DNA of 64,000 nt from Sphaerodactylus townsendi (lineage: Eukaryota), in the NCBI RefSeq assembly GCF_021028975.2, contig NC_059433.1, forward strand, positions 90,954,001-91,018,000, given 5' to 3'. Within the stretch, counting starts at the first letter, position 1; every line of letters starts with the position of its first letter. A program made the position numbers and the translations under genes. The notes under the pieces are model-generated. The model saw only the letters and a list, made by a program, of their open reading frames with translations. It did no database searches and was not told where the DNA came from. Below, in pieces: positions 37,181 to 50,765 of the stretch.

Positions 37181-38568
37181 AATACCACATGGACTGTGTG
37201 TAAATGTGATACCCCATATGTGTATAAGCTACATGAGTCTAAACAACCTCATCAAAAATTGGAGCATTAGAACAGCTGACAAAAATATCAACAAACATAC
37301 AGAGTGCCAGATCAGAAAACATCCTGTTCCATCAGTTGGACTAAGACAGCACATCTCATATACTGAATGGCAGCAAAACTTAGGTACTATCTTCTGTCCA
37401 AAAGTATAGACCAATTTACCTAAAGTCTTACCAGTCTGGAGCTTTTAGAACTCTGAACAAAGCACTAGAGATTTAATAAATAATCAAAACATCAATAAGA
37501 TGAGCTCATGTCCAAGCTATATACAATTTGCTGAAGGGGCTGAATGGGCTCCTCCTTCTTGAAAGAAAAAAATAATAATACCAGCATTCAGACAACAACA
37601 CAGACAACATCTGTATTTGCTGAGGCCTCGATCAATTGTAATTAGGGTGCTTGGCAGCTGTCCCTTTGAAGCTCTTTAAGCAAAAGACTTTTCTTAAAAA
37701 TCTAATAATGAAATGGAATGTAGAGTGCACACAGTCTATCTTACACGCACTACCATGCCTCAGTTGAAGCATTTATCTTCATAGCTACTTTACACTGGTG
37801 GCGAGTTATCCTTTTAATGGGTGTGACGATAAATGTCACAACGTAGCACTCTATCATGCTTCACTTTTGAGATATACTGTATGGAAGTCAAGATATACTG
37901 TGTGTGTTTTGCTGGCTTAAGGCCACTTGGAAAAAAGCAGATATTGCAAATGCCTGTTTCGATTTGAAACTATGTGGACTATAAACAACAATGGCAGAGA
38001 ATGGCTGGAGACCAAAATCAGAGAGGGGGGCCAACTACATTTTGGATTATGAAACAAAGAGACTGTTATTTGACTGTATTTAACTACACAGGCCAAGTTT
38101 TAATCTTGCCAATAGTATCTTGAATGGCAGCAGCTCTTCCCTCATAGGACTTCAACTGCTAAGGTTATCAGCACTGCCTTGGCAAATGCCAGAGGATTTA
38201 AAAGGCACTGCCTGGTGAGGATGGATGTGCTCAAGGAATTTCCTCTAATGCCTTTGGTGAAGACCACAGAGGCAAGAAAATTCCTAGAGCATCAGGAGGC
38301 CATTTTTCTCCCATCCCTTAGTTTCTCAGGAGTGGGGGACTGGAGTCAACGGTGGGAGTTTATTGCCTTGCACAGGTAAAGGACAAACTCTAGGTCAATC
38401 AGTCTCCTTAAATTGAAAATGGCTGGTATCCTAACCAGACAAGACACTAAGAGTCCTGTGCATGGAACTCTTGGTGTTTGTTTTTAAAGTCTTGCTCAAG
38501 TTTAGATCAGCTCTGCAATGCAGAGAGGATGAGGGTTTCAGCCTTCCTTCTACGCTGTCTGTCTAGCT

Positions 38569-38676
38569 CAAGGGTCTGCAACCTGCAGGTCTCCAGATGT
38601 TCATGGACTACAATTCTTATCAGCCCCTGCCAGCATGGCCATGAACATCTGGAGAGCCGCAGGCTGCAGACCCCTG
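38569..38676. mobile_element. hAT-Charlie-like MITE
   Basis: TIRs caagggtctgcaacctgc / gcaggctgcagacccctg; TSD gtctagct/ttctagct. Confidence 0.88.
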
Positions 38677-38799
38677 TTCTAGCTCATGGCAGTCCTGCAG
38701 AGCTGCTGCTTTTTTGTTCTACTGGGGAACAACATGGAAGCATTTTGCTTTGGTTGCAGCCTGCTTTTCTATTGGTGAAAAAGAGAGACCACTGTAAAG

Positions 38800-40425
38800 G
38801 TTGTGTGAGTTCTAGGGCCATGTCTGAGAATAGCACCATGGTCCGTTTTAGGTTTTTAGTTTTGCCTTAACCCGCACCCTTGCCTGACCCCTAGCCCTAA
38901 CTTTTTATTTTTATTTAATTTATTCAGTCAAAAAATTATAACAAAAACCTGAAATCTAAAATTGACCTCAGCCCTATTCTTGGACTGCGCCCTAAAACTC
39001 AACGTAACACTAAAGCGAGACTGAGCCCATGCCCTTGCCTTAACCCTAACCCTAATTTAGTATTTTTATTTAATTTATTCAGTCAAATATTGTTCCCAAA
39101 ATAGTAACAAAAACCCGAAACCTAAAACTGACCATAGCCCTATTCTCAGACTGCACAATAGATCACAACGTAACAATAAGTCAAGCCTGAGCCCGTGCCC
39201 TTCCCTTAACCCTAACCCTAATTTATTATTTTTATTTAATGTATTCAGTCAAAAATTGTTCCCAAAATTGTAACAAAAATCCAAAAACTAAAACTGACCA
39301 TAGCCCTATTCTAGGACTGTGTCCTGGAATTCAACGTTACACTAATTCAAGCCTTTCCCCCTGCCCTTGCCTTAACAATAACCCTAATTTATTACTTTTA
39401 TTTCATTTATTCAGTCAAAAATTGTTCCCAAAATTGTAAAAAACACAGGAAACCTAAAACTGACCATAGCCCTCTTCTCAGACTGCGCCCTAGAACTCAA
39501 CGTAACACTAAAACAAGCCTGAGCCCCTGCTCTTGCCTTAACACTAACCCTAATTGATTATTTGTATTTAATTTATTCAGTCAAAAATTGTTCCCAAAAT
39601 TGTAACAAAACCCGGAAGCCTAAAACTGACCATATACTCGGACTGTGCCCTAGAACTCAACGAGACACTAACACAAGCCTGAGCTCCTGCCCTTGCCTTA
39701 ACCTTCACCCTAATTTAGTATTTGTATTTAATTTATTTTTTGTTACAATTTTGGGAACAATTTGTGACTGAATAAATTGAATAAAAATAATAAGTTAGGG
39801 TTAGGTTAAGGCATGGGTAAGGGTTCGGGCTTGCCTTAGTGTTTCATTGAGTTCTAGGGCGATGTCCAAGAATAGCGCTATGCTAAGTTTCAGGTTTGGG
39901 GTTTTTACCTTAACTCTTACCCTTGCCTTAACCCTAACCCTAATTGATTATTTTTATTTAATTTATTCAGTCAAAAATTGTTCCCAACATTGTAACAAAA
40001 ACCCGAAACCTAAAACTGACCATAGCACTATACTTGGACTTCGCCCTAGAACTCAACGTAACACTAAGGCAATCCTGAGCCCCTGCCCTTGCCATAACGC
40101 TAATCCTAATTTAGTATTTTTATTTAATTTATTCAGTCAAAAATTGTTCCCAAAATTGTAACAAAAACCCGAAATCTAAAATTGACCTTAGTCCTATTCT
40201 TGGACTGCACCCTACAACTCAACGTAACACTAAAGCAAACCTGAGCCCCTGCTCTTGCCTTAACACTAACCCTAATTGATTATTTGTATTTAATTTATTC
40301 AGTCAAAAATTGTTCCCAAAATTGTAACAAAAACCGGGATGCCTAAAACTGACCATAGCCCTATTCTCGAACTGCTCCCTAGAACTCAATGTAACAGTGA
40401 GGCAATCCCAAGCTCCTGCCCTTGC
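38800..40425. repeat. 166-bp satellite array with telomere-like hexamers and internal inversions
   Basis: tattcagtc anchor at 38921, 39076, 39242, 39408, 39574, 39964, 40130, 40296; reverse-orientation segments ~38800-38863 and ~39737-39906. Confidence 0.95.
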
Positions 40426-41772
40426 ATAGTCTCCTGTGAGACTTATGGTTACTCTTGAGTGTCAACCAGCTGGTGAAGGAGAGTCATTCTGCCAGTACTC
40501 CTTGGCCAAGTGAACCTATGACACCTAATAACACCAGATACTCTGCATCTGCATCTGGTCTAATTAAGCAAACACCTCCATACATTTTCATGCCTACAGG
40601 ATGTAATGTGTCCTTCCAGATGCTTTTGATCTTGAAACTGCCTGACCTAGTGTGTTGCCATTTGTCTCATCATGCTCTTTGAAGCTACAAGCAACTTGCC
40701 ATCAGTTCACAGATAAAGAAACTCCCATGATTTTTCTTAGGCCTGAACCATTGTTTGAATTGACAAGAGACTGCAAAAAGGGACCAGCCTCTTGACATTT
40801 GGTTAGTTTCCTGTAGCATAGTTCAGACACATTTACCCTGCCAGGACACCAAGATCATGATGTGGCAGCAGTGGAGAAATGCCTCCAAAATGACATCAAG
40901 CAGCAACATCATATGCATGCTTCTGTTCATACAATTAATATGGAAGATCTCAATGCTTCAGATCGCTTTATTTCCAGACTTGCACTGGGGCATTGTGACA
41001 CAGCCTGTCTATAAGATAACACTGATGTTTCTAGAATATGGTAGAAGCAGTGATTCATTCCAAGCTTCCAGACATTTTGTAGAATGGCTGTAGAATCTCC
41101 ATGTGTGTGGAATTTATAGTACTTCTAATCAAGATCTGATTAACTTGCACTGAGCTTACTGCTGGGCCTTCCGAATTATGGAGAGAAAGGGAACATTACA
41201 AGCTCAGAGCGTTTAACACAAGCAGCATGTCCTAAGATTATTTCCTATCAGACCATTCTAATATCTCATGAGTTGCATGCACAGCTGTGTCCTGAGGGTA
41301 ATTGTACCAGGCCTGCGCCTGTGCTGGACAACCAGAGGTTAATATTCAGCATCTTCCTGCAAAACAGTCTGAGATTAGTATAAATTGTAATCCTAACCAA
41401 TTTCCTACAGTCAGTTCAGTGGAAATCAGTGGGATTTACTTTTCAGGCAGTGTGAAAACAATGTTTGCTACTCTAAGGTTGTTTTAAGGAAAAGACATGA
41501 TCAAATAAGTATGATATGTAGGCAGATTCCAAAGAGAAAACTTTATTAGTTTGTTGCAGCAAAAGCAAAGGGGAGGCTTTGGGCACCGTAAAGAATGCCA
41601 GGGAAACATCTGTAGATGTATGTTTTTGCAGTAGGGCAAATATGGATTCTCTGGTACCATTTCTGATCTGACCGTCTGAGTAGAGACTTATCTTACCTCC
41701 AATAGCTTTCCCAATCCATACTGAGTTCCTGCTTGTCTGATTTTCATGGAGACCCATTTTGGGAATGCCACT

Positions 41773-42063
41773 AATAATAAGTTTGGCTTTATTTCCCCCC
41801 TTCTCTCCTGCAAAAAGACTCAAAGGGGCTTACAATCTCTTTTCTCTTCCCCTGCCCCACAACAAACACCCTGTGAGGTGTGTGGGGCTGAGAGAGCTCC
41901 GAAGAACTGTCACTAGCCCAAGGTCACCCAGCTGGCATGTGTTGGAGTGCACAAGCTGATCTGGTTCAACAGATAAGCCTCCACAGCTCAAGTGGCAGAG
42001 TGGGGAATCAAACCTGGTTCTCCAGATTAGAGTGCACCTGCTCTTAACCACTACCCCATACTG
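41773..42063 (-). mobile_element. Young Squam3-like SINE (long subtype)
   Basis: Reverse complement of the 20107-20376 family. Confidence 0.9.
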
Positions 42064-42269
42064 TCTGTTTGAGTTGATTATAGTTAACACCATCTGTAGA
42101 GTTTGTGGCTTCTTTGAAGGGGAACTGGAAGTCCTAAGTTAAGAATGCTCCATGGAATCATATTGATTCAAATGTATCCTTCTAACGGATATATTTTAAG
42201 GCTAAATTCTGCTAAATTCCAGACATGTTTACCTTGTTTTATTACAAAATCTCTTGAATGCATCATGCA

Positions 42270-42490
42270 GTCACTATAATGTATCATTAAGAGATTCAAA
42301 CATCAGATTAGGATCTTGAACTACCAGGTTCTAATCCACCTCTCAGCCACATATGTCTCCTTGGTCCCATCACAATCTCTCAGCCTAACCTACCCTCACA
42401 AGGTTGTTGGAGGAGAGGGGAACAATGTGAAAAGTTCACTTGGATCCCCAATCACAGAAAAATGGAGATGTAAAAATTGAGCATAAATAT
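42270..42490 (+). mobile_element. Old Squam3-like SINE
   Basis: ccaggttctaatcc...ctctcagcctaacctaccctcacaaggttgttg. Confidence 0.6.
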
Positions 42491-43203
42491 GATTTAAAAA
42501 AAAATCTGAGGGAAATTGAAAAACACTTTTTAAAATATATGGTTGATCTCCAACTTGTTTGATTTCTGTTATGTTCTTTATAGGATGAAGCAAGTCACTA
42601 GGAGGAAGAATACAACTCTGTTTATGTCCACTTTGGTTTTTTAAAAAGATGTAAATAAGCATACCATTTGTTATTCATGCCCTAAGTATTGTCTTCTTAC
42701 ACTACATGTGTATCTTACATTTAAAAAGGAAGTGTTAGTGTTTTTTTTTAAAAAAAAAAACCTAAAGGAAAGTCAGTTTCTTGACTTTTTCCTCCCTAGA
42801 GAATTATTTGAGCTGCGGTGTTTTCCTTTTCATTGTAGCAGGAGCCTTTCCTTTCTATCAGTCTCCTTCATTGGCTTCATAGAATTGAAAGGCCAGTCCT
42901 GGTTCTCCTGACATAGGATATGACATAGGATATTGAATCTGGATGGCTATCTAACATCAAAGGATAGCTAGAAACATTGTTCCAATAACCATGTCACATA
43001 CATGGCTATTATAACAGCTTCATTATCTATCATTACTTATCTATCAACATATCTTACAGAGAGAATGCAGGATCTTAACCAAAGGGCTGGCTATGCTATG
43101 CTCACATTTGCATTTATGGTCTATACATTTTCACATGTGATGCTGTGATAATCCAGACTCTTTAATTTGTTTCTGAAGGGAAGAATTGGAATTATGTTCA
43201 TTT

Positions 43204-43344
43204 CGCCCCTTCCGCACACGCCAAATAATGCTTTTTCAAACCACTTTCACAACTGTTTGCAAGTGGATTTTGCCATTCTGCACAGCTTCAAAGAGCACTG
43301 AAAGCAGTTTGAAAGTGCATTATTCTGCATGTGTGGAATGAGCC
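43204..43344. mobile_element. Harbinger-like MITE
   Basis: Near-identical to 3258-3398; flanked by ttt/ttt 3-bp duplication. Confidence 0.8.
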
Positions 43345-43771
43345 TTTGTCTTATATATTTTGGGTTCCAAAATGGAAGCCAATGATATCCATTGGAATCA
43401 TTAGGAGCTCTGTATGCAATTGGAACACATAATTCAGGATCCGTAATGGGTTTCAAGCAGGTATTAAGATGTTCAGATTGCTAGCATGGCTTGAAAACTA
43501 TACTCTTAGCCAAGATTTTCTTATTTCTGTATTTTCTTATTTCACAGTCATACTCACAAATGAGGAGTTGATTTCTTTTCAGTAAATCAGAATGTATTAG
43601 TTATTTGCAATTCCTTTGCTTATTCGTGATACAATTTACTTGGGAAGAGGAGTAATATATTTTGTTTTGCTACCTGCTCAGCAAAACAATATTTCGAAAA
43701 GGGAGTCAGCTACTTTATGGATAAAATTAATGTCCTTACTGGCTGTTAAATGAACTAGAAGTATTGAATTA

Positions 43772-43955
43772 CCACATACGGAATCAGATCACTGGTCCAT
43801 CAAGATCAATATTGTCTACTCTGACTGACAGTGGATCTCCAGGGTCTCACGTCAAGGTCTTTCACATTACCTACTACCTGATCCTTTTAACTGGGGGTGA
43901 CAGGGATTGAATCTGCAATCATTGTCATGCAAAGCAGATGCTCTACTTTTGAGCT
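43772..43955 (-). mobile_element. Squam2-like SINE
   Basis: ttgtctactctgactgacag...cctgatccttttaactgg...gggattgaa...catgcaaagcagatgctctac. Confidence 0.75.
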
Positions 43956-44394
43956 ATTTCTCACCCTACTTTTCAGGAATTGCTCCAGTCATGTATACTT
44001 TATATTCTAGACACAAGCATCGAAAATTATCTTCTAACCTTCATCTCCAACATCCCCTTCCCCAGTTTTTTCCCAACATTCTAAGCTTTTAAGACACAGA
44101 AGAGCAGTTCAGTTAAGTCAGTAGATAGCTTTGTAACTGTGTACAGTCAAGTTGTTATAACTATTTGTTATGTTAGTGCAGGAGACCTGTAGACCATTTA
44201 TTTGTGGATTTTCCAGACACTGAAAGGGCCATAAAGGCAAGTAAAGGTATGGTGGTTTAGGCCGAATGTTTTCTTTCAGTCTAAGAATATTCATCAGTTT
44301 TGCACAAGGAGAGAGTGCAAGCCTGAAAGTTGGTGTCAGTCATTGCAGGAGGCTCAGTCACTCGTTGCAGCAGGATCATGGCAATTCCAAGTCT

Positions 44395-44652
44395 AGTGGC
44401 ATAGTGGTTAAGAGCAGGTGTATTCTAACCTGGAGGAACTGGGTTTCCCTGCTCTGCCACTTGAGCTGTGGAAGCTTATCTGGGGAATTCAGATTAGCCT
44501 GTGCAACACATGCCAGTTGGGTGACCTTGGGCTAGTCACAGTTCTTCTGTTTGTTGTGAGGGAAAGGAGGGAAGGGAAAGGAGTTTGTAAGCCCCTTTGA
44601 GTCTCCTTATAGGAGAGAAAGGGGGAATATAAATCCAACTCTTCTTCTTCTT
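44395..44652 (+). mobile_element. Young Squam3-like SINE (long subtype)
   Basis: agtggcatagtggttaagagcagg head, ctt-repeat tail. Confidence 0.9.
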
Positions 44653-46605
44653 AGAAGCAATGTATCAGTGAATACCAGACAGATAACAATGGAAAGATCC
44701 TATGAATCCACAAGCATACTAGAAACAAAATGGTCAGTTCGATTGACCTCATTTTTCCGTAGCAAGGCAATTCTTCTGTTCTTATCAGGACACTGGACAG
44801 GTAAAATAAAAAAACAAAAGGTAAACCCTCAAATAATCATATACCTTCTTCTCCATCAAAATGATGACCACACTGATTCTTCACCAGAATAGTCTAGCTG
44901 TGTGTTGCTGCATGGCAACCAGCTTTTGGGTATGTTTTACATTAGCCAGAACACAGCTGGGACATACCACTAGGACAGAGAACTTCTGTAGATTACACTC
45001 CTGAATTTTATTGGCTCAGTACCCTGTCTGTAACTTGCCCATTAACTGTGAGTGAATGCAGATGTCTTTAGAAATGACACAGGATGTGATGATGAGGCTT
45101 AATGAGGTGCTTTGTGGATGAGAGTTGACGTTAAATTTAAATTCCCCGGCTTGTGTTGATTTTGTCGCAACCTTAACATTTTTTTGACGACAGAATCATT
45201 AAGTTTTGTTTTTTTAAAAGTCTGCATTCTAAACAAGATTTATTATGCCAAGTGAGATAAATCTTGGTTTTCGATTTGAGTAATAGCATGATTTATTTCC
45301 CCAGCAGCTGAAGGGTCAAAGAAAGAGATAGATCTGAATGAAAAATAATATCAGTTAATGCAAATATGCAGAGTTTTTCCAACTACTTAAGGAAAATCAG
45401 TCAGAACCAAGAATGAATAAATCAAGCTCCCAGGTCAGATTTGTACTTTGTTACGTCTTGCAGAAAGGGAAAAACTTCTCTGGGCTATTCCTTGTGGTTT
45501 ATATTTTGGTCATGTGAATAGGCCTGTCTATCCTTGGAACATTATGTGTACCCAACGAGACTGGGACTTCAATGGCAATTGAACCATATGTTCATGCATT
45601 CTTTTATGGAAGACATCATCATTTTAGCTGATAAAAGTGCTGTCCTGTGTTGTCTAACTCTAATGAATATGCAGGCAAATGAACACATCTGAACATGAAG
45701 TCATTCTCCCTCAGCTCTTCCCACGTTGTCAAAGAGGACAGTTTTAAAACAGACTTCCGCTTCCCTCAGCCTGACTCTGTGGTCACATGTGTGACCCCCA
45801 TGTCCCTAGGGAGATTCTCCTCTGGCTGAGCCACTGAAATTCCTGGGGTTTTCTAGCAATTCAGGGGTGGGTCTTAGCAGTGTTGAGAAAGAAAAGGCAA
45901 CCTGATCAGTTGGAGGAAGAGTCTAGCTGAACTTAAGTACTTCAGGGGCAGAGTCTTATGAACCTGAGGTAGGACAGACTTAATAAAAGAATCTCTAAAG
46001 CCAAAGAGAAAAAAATAGCTCCCTTGTTCTAATACCCCACTTCTTCAGGAGACTGTTAGAAGTGTATTCATGAGAACTTAAAATTTATTAATTCTGAGAT
46101 CTGATAACTCTAGGTAGTAGTGTTGTGAGTTGATGAAGAAGGAAAGGATAAGTGTGGTATTGTAATTGATATAAAACTTCATGACAACAGTGCCTAGTTC
46201 AGACAGCTTTACAGTGGTTTTTCAGCACTGGATTCAGCAATGCAGCAATCATTACTTTTTCCTCTGAACGGTGCAGGAGGAATTACCTCATATCTGCTAG
46301 CCCTCTGAGTATGCGTTCTGTTCTTGAAGCTGCTGCCCTGTATCTTCTAGACAAATCCAATAAATCAATATCTCCCGGTTAAGTACAGAAGAGTCTCAAA
46401 TTCAATCTACTCTTCCCACCAACACAGCAGGGCAGGTGCCAGTTTTAAAACAAACTTATCAAACAAACATTTGTTCATTCATCTGTGTCTCTATAGTCAT
46501 GAGGAATTCATGCTCTGATATGCTTGAGACTTCTCTTGCAGGTTTCAAACAAACAAAAATTCTACTCTTCAAGCATGCATGAACATGTGGACAACACTTC
46601 TCTGA

Positions 46606-46931
46606 GGGCCAAACTAGATGTGATTAAAACCTTATGTCTGCCATGGGTAGACCATGGGATGACCACAGCCATTTTAAAGACTAAATTCGGTGATGAAAAA
46701 TGACAGTGCAATAGGATGAGGTGCTATTGATTCCCCCCCAGACTTTTTTAAAGTGGAGAAATGGTGGTGAGTGTCCCCCCCCTCCCATCCACTTGTAATG
46801 ACATGCAAGGGAGATGCAAGTGCACTTTGTCCTGCTATGATGTGGGATTACCTCATGGCATTTTTAAATTACCCATTTTAAGCTTTAAAATGATGGCAGA
46901 CATGAGGGTGCTGTTATATCTAGTTTGGTCC
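46606..46931. mobile_element. Harbinger-like MITE
   Basis: TIRs gggccaaactagatgtga...atgtctgccat / atggcagacat...tatatctagtttggtcc; tga on both sides. Confidence 0.7.
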
Positions 46932-48504
46932 TGAGTGATTTCTCAAAAAAGCCTCCCCTCCATTACTTATTTATTTATTTTTATTTATTTATTATTTAGA
47001 ATTCTATACCGCCTCCACTTTGCCAGCCAACCATGTTCATGTGCCTTATTGAAGTCAAGCACTTTACTTCAAGCAGCAGCAGCTCAGCCATTGCTCAGTC
47101 TGATCCAGCAGCCTACTTTTCCTCAGACTTCCACGGTTACTTATATGTGTGAAATATTGATATCTCACCTCATTACAAAAGTTCTCAAAAACTCACATGC
47201 ACAGATTGCCTTCAGCAGCAGCAGGAATGGGCTGTGTGCTAGAGGCACAAAAGGATTCTCTGCTTGCAGTAGATTGGTTGACTGGAGCATGGAAGTCTGA
47301 TGCATAAGGGGAGAGAAGGATTTTGCTTTGTTGCTGTGCAATGCCATGGCTTAATCTATTTTAGGTCAGAATTGCTAACAAAATAGGAAAAGGCAAGACT
47401 TTGGCCTGCCAGGATATTTTCTGCTTTGGGACAAGATACATTAAAAGCAAGGGACAGGATCAACCACAGTCCTTACATTATTTTTTCAATTCACGTCATA
47501 AGTGAATAGACCATTCTTGTGCTGATCGGTGTCCTCAGACTCACTATCAGGCTCTATCAAGCACTACTTACTAAACATTTTCTATTATTCTCCCTGCCCA
47601 GACTTCTCCTTCCTTGTAGTACTTCTCTTGTAACTCCTCTCATACTGAGCTCCTTTCCGCATATCAGAAGCAAGAAGCCAGACTGAAAGTCTGTGAGGCT
47701 ATTAGATCATCACTTGAAAGAACTTGCATGGCAGGAAAGGGCCAGATAGAAAAATGACATAAATGATGAGCAAATTCCTACTCATGAAAAAGTTTCTGGA
47801 GTCTTTTGAGGTTTGATGCACTGCACTAGTTTAAAGCAAGCAGAATGCTCGTATCAGATAATATTGTTGCGTGTCCTCACTTCTCTGAGCAGTTGGAAGT
47901 CCATGCAGTGTGCTCTCAGTGCCCAGCTTTCTTGGATGATGGACTAGCGGAGATTTAGAGTATCTTTTTAATATTTGCTCTATTTACGAACAGAAGACAG
48001 CTGGTGGAGGAAGCAAGGCATAAGACTGGATACTTCACATCTCAGAGAGCAGAAGAGAGACCCCCTTCCCACACAGTGCTTCACGGCACAGCTGTATGTG
48101 ACTTTTTCCTGCTCCGGGATATTTTGTTTCCACTCGTATCTGCCAGTTCCCCTCTGCAGAATCTTTAGCAGGCCACCTCCTGACCATTAGCTCCAACTGA
48201 GGAAACATCTACAACTGTTTAAAAGAATGTAACTTTAGGTCAAAGAACAGTGATATACTCATTCATAGTATGGAATCTCAACAAGTAATGTTGAAAAAGA
48301 TGTTGGGGTGGATCCAACCATGTTCCAAATAGTCTTCCTGCAACCTAAGAATATTTCCTCCAACTTAAGCGGCTCTTGCAACAAAACAGCCCCTTAACTT
48401 AGAGGAAGGCATCAAACTTAAAGTTTCCTCAGTGGATAGGGTCCACCCCACTGCTTTGCTTGTTGCATGGTTGTTCTCTGCAAATGAACTTGAACTGCTG
48501 GGGC

Positions 48505-48653
48505 CAGAGGCGTAGCAAGGGGGAAAAGCGCCTGGTGCACTGGTGCATCCTCCACCCTGTCCCACCCGGGAATGCACCCTCCTGCCACGCCCCCACAGGT
48601 GCGTGCACTCGGTGTGTCATACACCCCCCCAACCCCTTGGATCTACGCCTCTG
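48505..48653. mobile_element. hAT MITE
   Basis: Perfect TIR cagaggcgtag / ctacgcctctg; TSD gctggggc/gctgaggc. Confidence 0.9.
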
Positions 48654-49980
48654 GCTGAGGCTTTGGAAAAGATGGATTTTAAGTGAATCTGCCTTGGAAG
48701 TATTTTGTTTCAACATCTTTAGAGGATAGGACAGAAAATTCAGAAGAGCTTCTGGCTGACCAGTTATGATAGTTTTCATCATCTTGTTTATTTATGTCAC
48801 TATGCCAGACTGTTGATGCTCTCATATGATGCAAGCAGATTGTCAATTGCATCTTATTTAAGGAATCTTCTTACAGCCTAGGCAGCCTTCCTTCTGCTTA
48901 AATGGATTTTCTGTTAGAAGAACATGTAGCAATATGGAAAAATGATACGTAGTTCCTGGGAGAAGCCAGGAATTAGGCAAGAGTTAACACCTGCTTTCTG
49001 ATTCTCCTCAGCTGGCCAAGGGCAGAATGAAAGAAGGATGCATCATTCAAATAGAGTTGTACATTTATTCAAAGGCAGAAGTTGCTGTTGTCGTTTTTTA
49101 TGACGGTATGAGGTAGAAAGGCCACACTTTGAACCAGAAGGGCCATTTAAGTTAGATGAAGCCTCCTTAGGCTACAGGAAGGCTTTAAACCTTGCTCAGT
49201 GAAGTGGTAGTATTCAGGTCTATATGTTTCCCCCTAAAACTCCCATAATTCACCACAAGCTCAGTACATTCGATCACTATAGACCATGACCTCCCTACAG
49301 TGAAGTCTGTTCCAATAATGCACTAGTCCTGAATAATGACTTGCCCTGACTTTTGCTAACACTGAGCTGAATTAACGTCAGCACAGAGCTACAGCTAAAT
49401 AAATAAATAAACCAACCTAATTACCAGTGGGCTCACTGAGAATCACTGCAGTAATAAAAGCTGGACTTCCCTATTCATCAGGAAAGCAGTTTGATGCTAA
49501 TTTGCGCATGGAAGAACAAACAGTTACATGTATAGGCATTAGTTAAAACATATAGAGTTGCAATGCAGATAGTCAATAATACCTCCCTTGACAGAGACAA
49601 AACTTGATTATAAACCCTTCTCTGCTCAGGCAGTTCTTCTTCCTGTCTCCCTTCCGCACCACACTGCTAGTTCCACTTAAAGAAATGTGTTTTTCTTTTT
49701 GACCTTCTGCTCTAACTTCGCTGAGTCGTTTATCCCAATTAGCTCAGTGCTGAATCCAGTTTCAATATATGGCATTACACAGCAATGAAACCCATGTGGT
49801 AACTAATAAATTACATTGCTTGTGAATTGTACACACTGCAGTCACATCTGGCTAACTTCCTGAGTAGACCAGTTTACATTTGGTGCAAAATTCCTCTCTG
49901 GTAGTCATTAATGCAATTAACAGCTTGAAGAACTTGCTGGATTTCTTAGCATTAGCTTGGAAAAGCAGATAGCTCATGAC

Positions 49981-50170
49981 TAGGGATATCTCCTGGAATT
50001 GCAGCTGATATTCAGATAACACAGTTTTCCCTAGAGAAAATGGCTGCTTTGGAAGGTGGACTCTATAGCATTTTATCCTGCTGAAACCCCTCAATTCCTC
50101 AAGCTTTCCCTTCCCCAGACCCAGTCCCCCAAATATCCAGGAGTTTCCTAATCCAGAGCTGACAGTCCTA
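49981..50170. mobile_element. hAT-like MITE (TAGGGTTGCCA family), partial
   Basis: ctcctggaatt...aaatggctgctttggaaggtggactctat...cccaaatatccaggagtttcc...gctgacagtccta. Confidence 0.7.
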
Positions 50171-50765
50171 TCTTATGGCACTGGACTTTCTTTGTACAGC
50201 TAAAGTTTAAAGCAAAATCCCGCATATGAGAAAGGTAACTAAATGTATTGAATAATTCATCTGTTTCATGCTCCTCATCTCTGATTCTGTGGCTTACATT
50301 AACTTTGCAAGTGGGATGGGGAGGAGAGTGGTGGACATTTTTAGTACTTTCTCCTACTTTCTGTTTATTATTTTGGAATAGGAGACTTTCTAGAGGACGA
50401 GGGGTGTGACTATGTTTACCTACATCCATGGGTTGGATACATAGAGAGAGTAATCTTAAACAGGCCTACTCAGAAGTAAGTCTCATTTTATTCAATTGGG
50501 ATTGCTCCCAGGAAATTATTTTTAGGATTATAGGTTAGTGCCAGATTAGAAACTGGGACCTTAAGGTTTGAATCCCATCTCTGCCATGTAAAACTGCTAG
50601 GTGACCTTGGACCACTTGCTTGCTTTCTTAGTCTAACCCAGGCATCAGCAACCTTTTATAATTAAAGAATTAAGCTTATCATTTAGGACAAGTGATCAAC
50701 CCAGAGTCAGTATAAGAAAGTCCATTTACATAATGAAAAATATACAGCTTAACATTACTGATAAT

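Noticed and set aside
38800-40425. CRISPR array or protein-coding repeat
   Set aside because: Monomers are similar along their whole length with no unique spacers, there are no cas genes, and the frames contain stops
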